Positions 36,958 through 46,680 of a stretch of 64,000 nt of DNA are shown piece after piece. Positions within the stretch are counted from its first letter, which is position 1. Each line of letters begins with the position of its first letter. Source of the DNA: Histomonas meleagridis 2922-C6/04-290x. Lineage: Eukaryota > Protista > Parabasalia. A program made the translations under genes and the position numbers. The stretch covers positions 62,001 through 126,000 of the forward strand of contig JAANOX010000278.1 of the NCBI GenBank assembly GCA_020184695.1, read 5' to 3'. A model generated the notes under the pieces. It saw only the letters and a list, made by a program, of their open reading frames with translations. It ran no database searches and was not told where the DNA came from.

Positions 36958-37199
36958 AAAAATTATAGAAACGATCATAAGTCACTCAATTTATCAAAAA
37001 GTGAATTCAAAGTGTTGCTGGAATGAGGAAGAAATTCATCCCAGTAAATATACTGATCTTAATGAATATAAACCAAATATGATTCGCTATACTGTTGTGT
37101 ATGTTGCGAAGTTCACAAAGCCTATGAGCAATTGGCATTTTCCGGACAGACTGGAATATCATAATATATAAATATATTATATTTATTTGATCTTCGAAA

Positions 37200-37271
37200 T
37201 CGCTGATAGTGTAATGGTTATCATGTAGGATTGTCGTTCCTGTGATCCGGGTTCGATTCCCGGTCAGCGAG
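37200..37271 (+). tRNA. tRNA-Asp (GTC)
   Basis: Acceptor stem TCGCTGA/TCAGCGA, D-loop AGTGTAATGGT, anticodon arm TAGGA-TTGTCGT-TCCTG and T-loop GGTTCGATTCC. Confidence 0.95.
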
Positions 37272-37278
37272 TTTTTTT
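37272..37278 (+). terminator. Pol III oligo-T terminator
   Basis: T7 run immediately after the tRNA discriminator base. Confidence 0.8.
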
Positions 37279-37484
37279 GCTCTTTAAATTAATATTAACA
37301 CTTGAATAATTCATAAAATAAATTATTTTTATCCTAAAAAAGACATCGATAATAAGTATAAAAAACAACAATAGTTCATGAATCTAAAAAAATATGTGAA
37401 TTTTAGTAATTTAATTTTATTGATTTTCCTAAAACATATATTAAACGGATAGTATATTCATAAAAAAGGTATTTCTGTAAATGT

Positions 37485-38024
37485 TCATTGTGATTTTAAT
37501 CTTTTTGGTGTTGAAGTAATTAATGGAGAAAGAATAGCAAATGAAATAAATCCGCTTAATATTGGAACAAAAGTAAAAGCTCCATTAAAAATCACCGTAG
37601 AAATCAATAAAACAAGAAGAAGAACTTTTTCATTTGTTGGAAACATATTGGATTTAATTGTTGGAAATGTTATTGAGTACAAAAATACCAAGCATGTTAG
37701 AACAGAGATAGGACCATTCACATTAAGGTTAATATTTAGAAGAATTAATATTGATCTGATTACGACATCAATTAAATAAGTAGCAAATATAATTATTATT
37801 GTTTTTATTGAGCCGGATACTAATTCTAATGGCTTTATTGATAATAAAATTATTAAAGTTATAATAAATGTTGGAATATTTGTGAGAAATATTGGAGATA
37901 AAAGTGGATTATTTATAAAAATATTATCTGACTTATTGATTTCGCTTTGAATGGTAATTCCAATTGGTGTACTAACTAAATATAAAACAAATAATATGGT
38001 AAGAATTGGAGAGCCAAAAGCCAT
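37485..38024 (-). CDS. Polytopic membrane protein, possibly rhomboid-like/derlin-like and inactive
   Basis: Five to six hydrophobic segments; LELVSGS resembles the rhomboid-family (L)ER..GS loop. Confidence 0.5.
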   Translation of the reverse strand: MAFGSPILTILFVLYLVSTPIGITIQSEINKSDNIFINNPLLSPIFLTNIPTFIITLIILLSIKPLELVSGSIKTIIIIFATYLIDVVIRSILILLNINLNVNGPISVLTCLVFLYSITFPTIKSNMFPTNEKVLLLVLLISTVIFNGAFTFVPILSGFISFAILSPLITSTPKRLKSQ

Positions 38025-38085
38025 TTCTGGTATAAAACCGTTAAGCCAAATAAACTAACCGTTTTTGTACGTTTAAAAAATCAAA
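38025..38085. promoter_or_regulatory. 61-bp bidirectional promoter with AACCGTT motifs (M3/Myb-type core element)
   Basis: Two AACCGTT copies between divergent ATGs. Similar motifs lie upstream of 21847 (AACCGTTA) and near 3890 (reverse strand). The match to the trichomonad M3 element is from recalled consensus. Confidence 0.35.
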
Positions 38086-38898
38086 ATGAATTTTATAGAT
38101 AAAATATGGTCGACATTAAAAAATTTTGCGAATGGAGGATTTAAAGATATCTACAAAGTTGTATATGGGTCACCACAGTTTCCATATTGGTTTACGTTTC
38201 AAGCAATTTGGTCATGCTATGTCGTTTGCAGATCAACATTACATAAGAAAAAAACAGTACTTTTATGGATAATTCAACTAATTATTACTTCACTTATGAT
38301 ATTTGCACCGCGTGAAATATTTGCATTTCTTTTTCATAAATTATCACCAATCATTCATAATCCTGTGATTCTTGGAATATATATTGTTGTTTTTCTTTTT
38401 ATGACTTTAGCACCAAATAATATATTCTATAAAATAGTAGATATTTGTTATTATTTTATTGGAATAATCCAAGGTGCTAATCAAGCAAGGTTATTTAACT
38501 TAATCCTTAGAACAGTTAAAGGGCCAAGCAATATACAAAACCTTTCAATTGCAATTGGATTCATTATAATGGATCAGGTAATTGAAATTGTTACAAGAAA
38601 GATATCAAAGGGAGAAAAAACAAAAATGTCAAACTACCTTACTGTCATAAGGACAGGTCTTCTTTCGATTCTATTCTGGTTAACGACACATCAAAATCCC
38701 CTTACAAAGTATATTGGAATATATCAAATTTATATTCCGGCTTTAATATATGCATTTGTATTGGGGTTATTTAATGCTTCTGCCGTACTTGATTTTGGAG
38801 AACGCGAAAGAATCCCAACTCCACCTCCAACGCCAAGACCAAAAAGATCAGCAACACCAACTCCATACTCTGAAAGGTATCCAAATGAAAGGTATTAA
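38086..38898 (+). CDS. Multi-pass membrane protein, TRIC/TMEM38-like
   Basis: About 7 TM segments with a TRIC-like pattern (FLFHKLSP..., APNNIFYK) and a P-rich cytosolic tail. Confidence 0.45.
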   Translation: MNFIDKIWSTLKNFANGGFKDIYKVVYGSPQFPYWFTFQAIWSCYVVCRSTLHKKKTVLLWIIQLIITSLMIFAPREIFAFLFHKLSPIIHNPVILGIYIVVFLFMTLAPNNIFYKIVDICYYFIGIIQGANQARLFNLILRTVKGPSNIQNLSIAIGFIIMDQVIEIVTRKISKGEKTKMSNYLTVIRTGLLSILFWLTTHQNPLTKYIGIYQIYIPALIYAFVLGLFNASAVLDFGERERIPTPPPTPRPKRSATPTPYSERYPNERY

Positions 38899-39000
38899 AT
38901 ATTATTTCTTTTTTCGTAATTTTTTTTTCCTCCTTCTGAAATGAACGATACTATCGGTGGAACTGAATATCGACTTTTTGTTAGAATAACTTCTTTTGGA

Positions 39001-40011
39001 ATGTCAACAGAAGAAACATCGAATGAACCAGCCAAACCAAAAACATTAACAGTGGAAATGGTACGAAAAAGAGCAGAACATAATGATGGAATGCTATCAA
39101 CACTTGAAGAAGTTGCTTTGCATCAAGATGAAATTGGCGTTATAACCAATGTATTCGAAAGATACACACCACACTTAAAGATCCTCTATCTCCAGAATAA
39201 CTACATCGAAAAAATTGAACACATCACCCTTTTACATGAACTCGAATATTTAAATTTAGCTTTAAACAATATTCAAGTAATAGAAGGCCTAGAAGGTTGT
39301 GAGAAACTCAACAAATTAGATTTGACATGTAATTTTATTGTTGATTTAGTATCTGTTCAAGTCCTTGAACAAAATATTTTTCTCCGCGAACTTTATTTAA
39401 TTGGTAATCCATGTGATAAATTTCAAGGCTACCGTGAATTTGTCATTGCTTCTCTCCCTCAACTCACGACATTTGACGGCACCGAAATCACTCCATCAGA
39501 ACGCATAGCCGCGAAACGTAAATATTCACAACTTCTTAACCAAATCATTGAACAAGTTTCCAAATGCGATACTGGGCATTACACTCCAGAAGAACGCATG
39601 AAAGCATGGCAAGAAATAGAGGAAACGAAAAAGAAGAACAAACCGCCGGAGCCTAACGGTCCATCGTTCCAACCGCCAAAACCGCCTGCGCCTCCAAACG
39701 GTCCCGATGAAAACGGTCACATCACCCAATGCAACACAGGAAAATGGAACTTCAAGTGGTATCAAGAAGGAACTAGGCTTTGTCTTGATACTTCTGTACC
39801 ACGGTATCTTTCTACATCATTGATAGATATAGATGTTAATCCAACATGGATTAGAATAGAGGCAAAAGGAAAAGTTTTACAATTAGTTCTTCCTGCTGAA
39901 GTTAAAAGCGAGCAAGTAGAAGCTCTAAGATCACAAGCATCAGGTCATTTGGTTGTTAAAATGGAATTAGAACATCCTAATCAATCGCCTGTTGTACAAA
40001 AAAAGAATTAA
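39001..40011 (+). CDS. LRRC6: Dynein axonemal assembly factor LRRC6/DNAAF11 (tilB) homolog
   Basis: VEMVRKRAEHNDGMLSTLEEVALHQ, LEYLNLALNNI, LEGCEKLNKLDLTCNFI, YREFVIASLPQL, C-terminal CS-like domain VPRYLSTSLIDIDVNPTWIR. ATG at 39001. Confidence 0.9.
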   Translation: MSTEETSNEPAKPKTLTVEMVRKRAEHNDGMLSTLEEVALHQDEIGVITNVFERYTPHLKILYLQNNYIEKIEHITLLHELEYLNLALNNIQVIEGLEGCEKLNKLDLTCNFIVDLVSVQVLEQNIFLRELYLIGNPCDKFQGYREFVIASLPQLTTFDGTEITPSERIAAKRKYSQLLNQIIEQVSKCDTGHYTPEERMKAWQEIEETKKKNKPPEPNGPSFQPPKPPAPPNGPDENGHITQCNTGKWNFKWYQEGTRLCLDTSVPRYLSTSLIDIDVNPTWIRIEAKGKVLQLVLPAEVKSEQVEALRSQASGHLVVKMELEHPNQSPVVQKKN

Positions 40012-40298
40012 ATTATATTATTATAAATGAACTTAGTAAAAATTGTGAGTAATATTTTATAAATTGTTTTTTTAATTCGTTCTTTCATGAAAGTAATTTA
40101 ATTCAACAAAACCTTTTTAAGAAATGGACTCTCTAGAGCAATAGAAATGAAAAATTTTATATAAGTTTTTTGGGTATCTTCAAAACTGGTAAAAATAAGA
40201 GAGGCTTTATAAGGAAAAAATATAATTCTTGTTGTGCAAAATGAGAACGTTTATTCTTTTGGTCGTTGGGCTAAACCAGGGGGGCCCCATATGTTGGA

Positions 40299-41570
40299 AT
40301 GTCTGCATTCCTCGAAAAATTGTTCCATTGGGCTTCTTCAAAGACATCAAAGGATGAATACACCAAATACATGCCTGAGCCCATTGGGTTTGGAAAACCG
40401 AAGCCTGTAAATAATCCAATTTTAGTAACAGTTGATCGTGTCGATGTTGCTGTTCAAGCATACCCAAAATATTTAGGAATTGATGAAGCAAATAACGAGC
40501 AATTTTTAAGAGTTGAAAAATGTGTTGAAACTGATGACCAAACTTCAGATCCTTATGTTCCAATTAGCAGAGCATCATTCTGGGATATTCCCGAAAGTAA
40601 GGAAGAAAGTGAAGACGAAGATCAAAACACAAGTAATCTTAGCACTTCCAATAAATCCGATTTGTCCGACAAAGAAACAAAAACAGACGAAAAATCAAAC
40701 TCCTTTACTGGTCTTATCTCTTTAGGTAGCACTACAAGTACAGATTCGTCGTTAGATAAAAAATCAACATTCAGCTTCGGTATAACCAAATCAGAAAATA
40801 CAGAAAAGAAAGATCTAACCACAACAGAAACTTCTACGTCAGCAACGTCAGAGGAAAATAAAGGAAATTCAATTTTTAATTTCCCAATTTCAGATACATC
40901 ATCAACAAAAACGGACGAAAAGAAAGAAACACTAGGATTTAGCTTTCTACCAACATTAAATACTTCATTTACAACAACAACTGAGGAAAAGAAAGACACT
41001 CCGACAATTAATCTCACAACCACAGATACAACATCGGCAACAAAACCTGAAGAAAAGAAAGAAACGACAGGATTTAGCTTTCTGCCAACATTAAATACTT
41101 CATCCACAACAAAAACTGAGGAAAAGAAAGAAACGACAGGATTTAGTTTTCTACCAACATTAAATACTTCATCCACAACAACAACTGAGGAAAAGAAAGA
41201 CACTCCGACAATTAATCTCACATCTACAGATACAACATCGGCAACAAAACCTGAAGAAAAGAAAGAAACGACAGGATTTAACTTTATGTCAACATCAAAT
41301 ACTTCATCAGCGCCAAGCCTTAGTTGGGGCAAGTCATCAAATACAGATGGCACATCAAGTTTTAGTTGGGGCAACTCATCAAATACAGATGGCACATCAA
41401 GTAATAGTTGGAACTTCTCACTTACATCAGGAACATCATCAAATGGATGGGGCAATGCATCAAGTACAACAGGAACATCAAGTACATCAGGAACATTATC
41501 AAATGGATGGGGCAGCTCGTCAAATGCAGGAGTCACATCGTTTAACATTCCGCCTCCGCCGAAACAATAA
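40299..41570 (+). CDS. S/T-rich low-complexity protein with FxF and WG repeats, nucleoporin-like
   Basis: Repeats of EEKKETTGFSFLPTLNTSSTT, and SWGxSSNT/NGWG near the C-terminus. Confidence 0.5.
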   Translation: MSAFLEKLFHWASSKTSKDEYTKYMPEPIGFGKPKPVNNPILVTVDRVDVAVQAYPKYLGIDEANNEQFLRVEKCVETDDQTSDPYVPISRASFWDIPESKEESEDEDQNTSNLSTSNKSDLSDKETKTDEKSNSFTGLISLGSTTSTDSSLDKKSTFSFGITKSENTEKKDLTTTETSTSATSEENKGNSIFNFPISDTSSTKTDEKKETLGFSFLPTLNTSFTTTTEEKKDTPTINLTTTDTTSATKPEEKKETTGFSFLPTLNTSSTTKTEEKKETTGFSFLPTLNTSSTTTTEEKKDTPTINLTSTDTTSATKPEEKKETTGFNFMSTSNTSSAPSLSWGKSSNTDGTSSFSWGNSSNTDGTSSNSWNFSLTSGTSSNGWGNASSTTGTSSTSGTLSNGWGSSSNAGVTSFNIPPPPKQ

Positions 41571-41687
41571 TACATAAAAATGATTTATTTTTAATTATTT
41601 AATTCCGATTGCTCACATTGAAGAAATTATTGGTTTAAATATGTTTGATAATGATATTTTTATTTGACAAAAAGTTTTTCTGATGCA

Positions 41688-44681
41688 TCACAAGCCAAAC
41701 CTTTCGCAAAAGCTTTTGACTTTCTCCTTATCCGCAACAGTAATTACATTATAATGGATTCTCTTAATGTATTCCATTATATCTTTAATTGATGGTCTGT
41801 TTAATGGATTTTTATCTAAACACTTAATCAATAGATTTGTAAATTCGTCACTTAATTCGATAGTTTTCTTTAAATCTGGTATTATTCCATTTATTCTTTC
41901 GAATGGATAACTTAACTTATTTATATCACCAAATGGATCCTTTCCATCCAACAAAAACAAAACTGTTAGAGCGAAGGAATAAACATCTGTAGCCTTTGTT
42001 AAATTTGCATTTGAAAATTGTTCTGGCGAAAAATATAACGGATCACCGTAGTCGTAAACCATTGAAACCTGTGAAAGTACAAGTTCAAAGTGTTTGTTTA
42101 CTAAAATTGACGATGGGCAAATATTACAGTGTAAAATGTCATTTTTATGTAAGCATTCAATTGCTGACGCTAAAGAAACAATTGAAATGCTTTTCATCGT
42201 CGAATTGAACATGTTTGCGAATTTTTCATTTGACACAACTTCGCGAATATTACCATATCTATAAAAAGGATAAACAACAGATTTTTCATTATATGTAATA
42301 ATCGGCACTAAAAATGGATGTTTTATGTTGGTATATTTTGTTAAAACAGAATTATTAATTGGTATTTCAAACGTTTTCATCAAAAATTTGTTTTTAATTT
42401 CAGGGAAAGAAACTAGTTGTGAAATGCTTAAGTTAGAATAACCCAAATTCTTTTCAACTTTAACATTATCTAATTCTATATGCTGAATGTTCTTTTCATG
42501 AATATTTCGTACATCATAATCAATGATAAAGCGTTTGTTACGTTCGTTCATCCATAAAATTGTAGGTTTAATATAAAGTGAATTAACAATAAAATTAGAT
42601 TCTTCACTTTGTGTAACAAAACCACTTGGAGGCATTTCGGAGATACACTCATTCAAAGTGGCTTTACCTTGGTCATTTAATTCTATGATATAATGTTCAG
42701 TAATACCAAATCGTGATTGCGATATCGTAATTTCGCCTTGTTGAGAACAACAAATCACTGATTTAGATGCATTTCTGAAGTCACATTGTATCATGTTAAC
42801 TACACTTTTATCCTCAACCTCAATTACATTTTTCGAAAATAGTTCAAATTTACAATTATCGAAAAACACATTTGAATCTTTCATTACACGGAAACCTGAA
42901 AGGCTTCTATTCGAGTAACATTCAATAAATTTCACATTAGAATTTCGAATAATTATTGGTAATGTAAAATTACAACCTTGAATTTCGGCAACTGAATTTT
43001 CGAATGAAATTGCTGTTTCAAGTGGACCACTAAAGTTAACGTTACAATTATATAAGAAAGTTTTAGCCTTTGATTTGATGTAAAATCCGATGTCACTTTT
43101 GTTGATTGTAAAGTTATGAAAAATTCCACTTGATCGGTCTTCTAATATAACCGCTCCTTGATGTCTATCGGCTATACAATTTGACACGCGAATTTGTGAT
43201 GTTCCTGAGCCAACAATTCCGTGTTTATTATCACAAAAGTATGCGTGATCAATGTTACCGAATGATTGGCCACCAAGCATTATTGATGAGTCATTTGGAT
43301 TTCGATTAAATAATGTTCCAATTAAATATATTTTTGATTGATCATTTACTATGATTGATTGATTTCGTGCATTTTCGAATATCGAAAATTTGTCATGATA
43401 TTGTGATTGTTGATTGAGTGCAATGTTATATTGTTGATATGAAAAGTTACAAGAAAATGTATATAATTGACTGTTTTGAGATAACGTAATTCCGCATGTT
43501 TCATTGTTCTTAAATGTGCTATTTCGTACGTATAATATGATATTTGCTTCGGCATCTCCACCAAATGATTGATTTTCAGTTATCGTACAATTATCAATAT
43601 AAATGTTATTTTTGGCTTCGCTTTTAGTGGTTAAAACAAAGCCATTTCTGCCATTGTTTCGAATGGTTGTGTTAGTTAAAAATGAATAATTGCAATCTTC
43701 GATTTGAATGCCATTCGAACCTGACTCATTGAATGTACAATTTAGCAACGCGCTTTTTTGTACACGCCTTAAGACTATTCCGACCAATTTATTTTTATAA
43801 AATTCGCAATTTCGAAAAATTAATTTTTCACCTCCAACACAAAAAGCGCCAATTTCATTGTTATTATTAAACTTACAATTCTCAAAAATGCCTTCAATTC
43901 CTTCAAAGAATAAACCGCAATTTTGGCAATCTGATAAATCACAATTAATTAAAAGCAGCATAGATTTTGGTTTGGTTATAATGCCTTTTTGAATTGTGCC
44001 AGAAAATGTTGTGTTTTTGATGAGACCACGTGCTTCATTTTGGAAAAGAATTGATCCATTTGAAATGAGACAATCATGAATTGTGGTAACTGTGTTATCT
44101 AATAAAACAAGAAGAGGATCTCTGCTTTCAGTTGAGGTATGTGTGAGCTCACATTTGTTAAGATACAAATGTCCTTTTGAAGATACTTTGATTAATAACG
44201 TTTGTACACCAGTAAATTTACAATTGTTGCAGCAAATTATAGCTGATGGCGAACTTTCAATACAGCATGTTTGTCTTGTAGTAAAAGTACAATTATCAAA
44301 TTGAATGAAACCTGCAAGAGCTATTACACAAAAGCCTTTACTATCCTCACCATCAACGCGAAAATCAATTCCTTCAAAACTTACATAATTTGTAAGAATT
44401 TCAACGATATCATCTTCTGTTTGTGAAATTGTTACTTTACCATTAGCTTGAAAGAATAAAGGTCTTGATATGTTAAGATGTTCATTATATGTTCCGCTGT
44501 TAATAAGAATTGTATCTCCAGCATTTGAATTTGAAATTGCATCATTTATTGTATTATAATGTGATGATGGTCCAACTTCGAGTGTTTTGTTTTTAATTGG
44601 TTTATTAGCTTGTTGGATCACAAAAGAGCTTTCATTTAATGTGTCTGATAAAGAAAGTATTTCTTCAAGATTGCTATTCAT
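41688..44681 (-). CDS. Parallel beta-helix (pectin-lyase-like) repeat protein with a C-terminal degenerate protein kinase domain
   Basis: AISNSNAGDTILINSGTYNE followed by many NCxF/G repeats. Kinase C-lobe ILHCNICPSSILV, YFSPE, DVYSFA, CLDKNPLNRPS. First ATG at 44681. Confidence 0.8.
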   Translation of the reverse strand: MNSNLEEILSLSDTLNESSFVIQQANKPIKNKTLEVGPSSHYNTINDAISNSNAGDTILINSGTYNEHLNISRPLFFQANGKVTISQTEDDIVEILTNYVSFEGIDFRVDGEDSKGFCVIALAGFIQFDNCTFTTRQTCCIESSPSAIICCNNCKFTGVQTLLIKVSSKGHLYLNKCELTHTSTESRDPLLVLLDNTVTTIHDCLISNGSILFQNEARGLIKNTTFSGTIQKGIITKPKSMLLLINCDLSDCQNCGLFFEGIEGIFENCKFNNNNEIGAFCVGGEKLIFRNCEFYKNKLVGIVLRRVQKSALLNCTFNESGSNGIQIEDCNYSFLTNTTIRNNGRNGFVLTTKSEAKNNIYIDNCTITENQSFGGDAEANIILYVRNSTFKNNETCGITLSQNSQLYTFSCNFSYQQYNIALNQQSQYHDKFSIFENARNQSIIVNDQSKIYLIGTLFNRNPNDSSIMLGGQSFGNIDHAYFCDNKHGIVGSGTSQIRVSNCIADRHQGAVILEDRSSGIFHNFTINKSDIGFYIKSKAKTFLYNCNVNFSGPLETAISFENSVAEIQGCNFTLPIIIRNSNVKFIECYSNRSLSGFRVMKDSNVFFDNCKFELFSKNVIEVEDKSVVNMIQCDFRNASKSVICCSQQGEITISQSRFGITEHYIIELNDQGKATLNECISEMPPSGFVTQSEESNFIVNSLYIKPTILWMNERNKRFIIDYDVRNIHEKNIQHIELDNVKVEKNLGYSNLSISQLVSFPEIKNKFLMKTFEIPINNSVLTKYTNIKHPFLVPIITYNEKSVVYPFYRYGNIREVVSNEKFANMFNSTMKSISIVSLASAIECLHKNDILHCNICPSSILVNKHFELVLSQVSMVYDYGDPLYFSPEQFSNANLTKATDVYSFALTVLFLLDGKDPFGDINKLSYPFERINGIIPDLKKTIELSDEFTNLLIKCLDKNPLNRPSIKDIMEYIKRIHYNVITVADKEKVKSFCERFGL

Positions 44682-44737
44682 TTCATAATGTAAACTATTC
44701 AAATCGTGAATATTTACCAAAAAAAAAGTCAGTTTAC

Positions 44738-45703
44738 TTAAACATATTCGATAGGCGCTGTTGAAAACGCTCTGTTTCTAAAGCGAATATAATTAATACT
44801 TCTATCGTAAATTATCAAGTTTGCATCAACAGCTTTGTTGATATAACTTTGGATATTTTCAATAGGCTTTTTCATGTTAGCCTTAAGCAAAGGTTCAATT
44901 TCTCCCATCGAAATCATTGATTTACCAATAGATTTCATTGATTCAATTAATGTCTTAAATTGACTATCAACTTGAATTGCTTGTTCTTTTGGAACATGTC
45001 TTGGTGATTTTCGTGGGGACTTAGATAAAGGAGATCTAAGGTCAATCTGATATTTGAAATCTGAATTTGAAAGTGGTTGAATTAAATCTTCAACACCATC
45101 ATTTTCAGTTTCTTCTTCCAATCCAATAGATTGGTTGTAATTGTTAATTTCTTCTTCTTCAAAAAACATGTCGTCATCAAATTCTTCTTTCTGTGATTTT
45201 TCTGATTCAGATTTCTCTTCTTGGATTTCATAAACAGTACTTGTTTCTTTGATAGTTGATGCATTGTTTTTAAGTGGTTCGAGGCTAGGCCATTTCAAAA
45301 AGGTAATTGGAAATTGACCAACGACAAATTCATATTCAAATGAATCTTGAGGGTTCTTAGATGAAGCCAAAATGACATTTTTTGGTTTGATTTTTTGGAA
45401 TAAAGATAACCAAATTGAAAACATGTTTGAAATTAAGATAACAGAATATTCACCACCGCATGAATTTGAGAATAACACAATATCTGCAATTGCGTCATAA
45501 ATAGATTTTTCGCCTTGACGAATTGAAACTTGAAAAATTACACTTAAATCATTAATTGATGAAGGAATTGTTTTGGGATCATTTGCTAGAACAATTACTT
45601 TTGAGATTGATGACTTATTCATTTTTGAAACTTTCCTAATGAATTCAATATTATTAGATGGACATTGAGTGCAATCCCAAACAAGAATTGTTCCTTGCTT
45701 CAT
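44738..45703 (-). CDS. Hypothetical protein, degenerate NYN-like N-domain with a possible C-terminal winged-helix/LOTUS-like region
   Basis: ILVWDCTQCP ... IADIVLF ... VILISN resembles NYN motifs; start codon uncertain. Confidence 0.4.
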   Translation of the reverse strand: MKQGTILVWDCTQCPSNNIEFIRKVSKMNKSSISKVIVLANDPKTIPSSINDLSVIFQVSIRQGEKSIYDAIADIVLFSNSCGGEYSVILISNMFSIWLSLFQKIKPKNVILASSKNPQDSFEYEFVVGQFPITFLKWPSLEPLKNNASTIKETSTVYEIQEEKSESEKSQKEEFDDDMFFEEEEINNYNQSIGLEEETENDGVEDLIQPLSNSDFKYQIDLRSPLSKSPRKSPRHVPKEQAIQVDSQFKTLIESMKSIGKSMISMGEIEPLLKANMKKPIENIQSYINKAVDANLIIYDRSINYIRFRNRAFSTAPIEYV

Positions 45704-45880
45704 GATATGAATACGTTTAAATAAATTCAAAACGTACATCATTTGGTTCCTAATGTTCGACTCTTTATAAAACAATACAAACAAGAGAAACACGAAGTCG
45801 AAGCTCTATAGTTACAAAATTATCAAAAATAAATTATTGAAAAAAAATTACATCTTTTGATGAATAAAGTTTTATTAAAA

Positions 45881-46324
45881 TTAGATCAACCCATTGTCCT
45901 TTAGGAACCCGGGCATTGCTGCTTTTATGTTATCAAACATGATCTGGAAACCATTATCACCACCATAATATGGGTCATCAATTCCTTCTGGTGGATTGAA
46001 CAAAACTAATGATGCTTTTGCATTTTTTGGCTTTTGGTATTCAAGAGTTTGATAAACTGATTGATCAAGTGCAGCAATAACATCAAAAGTATCCCAATCT
46101 GAGTTTTTGATTTGACGAGCTCTTTGATGGCTGATGTCAACGCCATTTTTCTTGCAAACATTTTCAGAACGAGAATCAGGACTTTGACCAACATGGAAAC
46201 TACATGTTCCAGCGCTATCAACCTTAATAGAACCATTGACAATACTTCTGCAAATTCCTTCACATGCTGGTGAACGGCAAATGTTTCCAAGGCAAACGAA
46301 AAGCACTGATTTCTGCATGGACAT
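45881..46324 (-). CDS. Low-molecular-weight protein tyrosine phosphatase
   Basis: VLFVCLGNICRSPACE, VDSAGT, HQRARQI and IDDPYYG. Confidence 0.95.
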   Translation of the reverse strand: MSMQKSVLFVCLGNICRSPACEGICRSIVNGSIKVDSAGTCSFHVGQSPDSRSENVCKKNGVDISHQRARQIKNSDWDTFDVIAALDQSVYQTLEYQKPKNAKASLVLFNPPEGIDDPYYGGDNGFQIMFDNIKAAMPGFLKDNGLI

Positions 46325-46680
46325 TTGTAGAAATGTGATATGAAAACCCCTTTTTTTCACATCTTCCAAATCCATAATTCGTAAGGATTAAAGACAAAAA
46401 GACAATTTAATCCAACTAACGATGAATAATCGAAAATGATTTCAATCAAATTTTCATTAATCTAATTTGCATCAAATTCAAACTTTTTTTATTTTCATCA
46501 AATATATGTTAATATTCTATGAAACAAGAAAACATAATGATTTTAAAAAGGAATTTCATAATATTTTTTATGAGATAATCCTGAAAAACATTTTATGCTT
46601 TTGCACATTGAAAAAATTTTAAACGGACACAATCAAAGTATTCAAATCCAACTTCCCGTGAAGTTGATGATTGAATAAAT

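Noticed and set aside
40622-41575. 317-aa minus-strand ORF and other short antisense ORFs in the track
   Set aside because: Shadows of real genes on the opposite strand, with no independent motifs.
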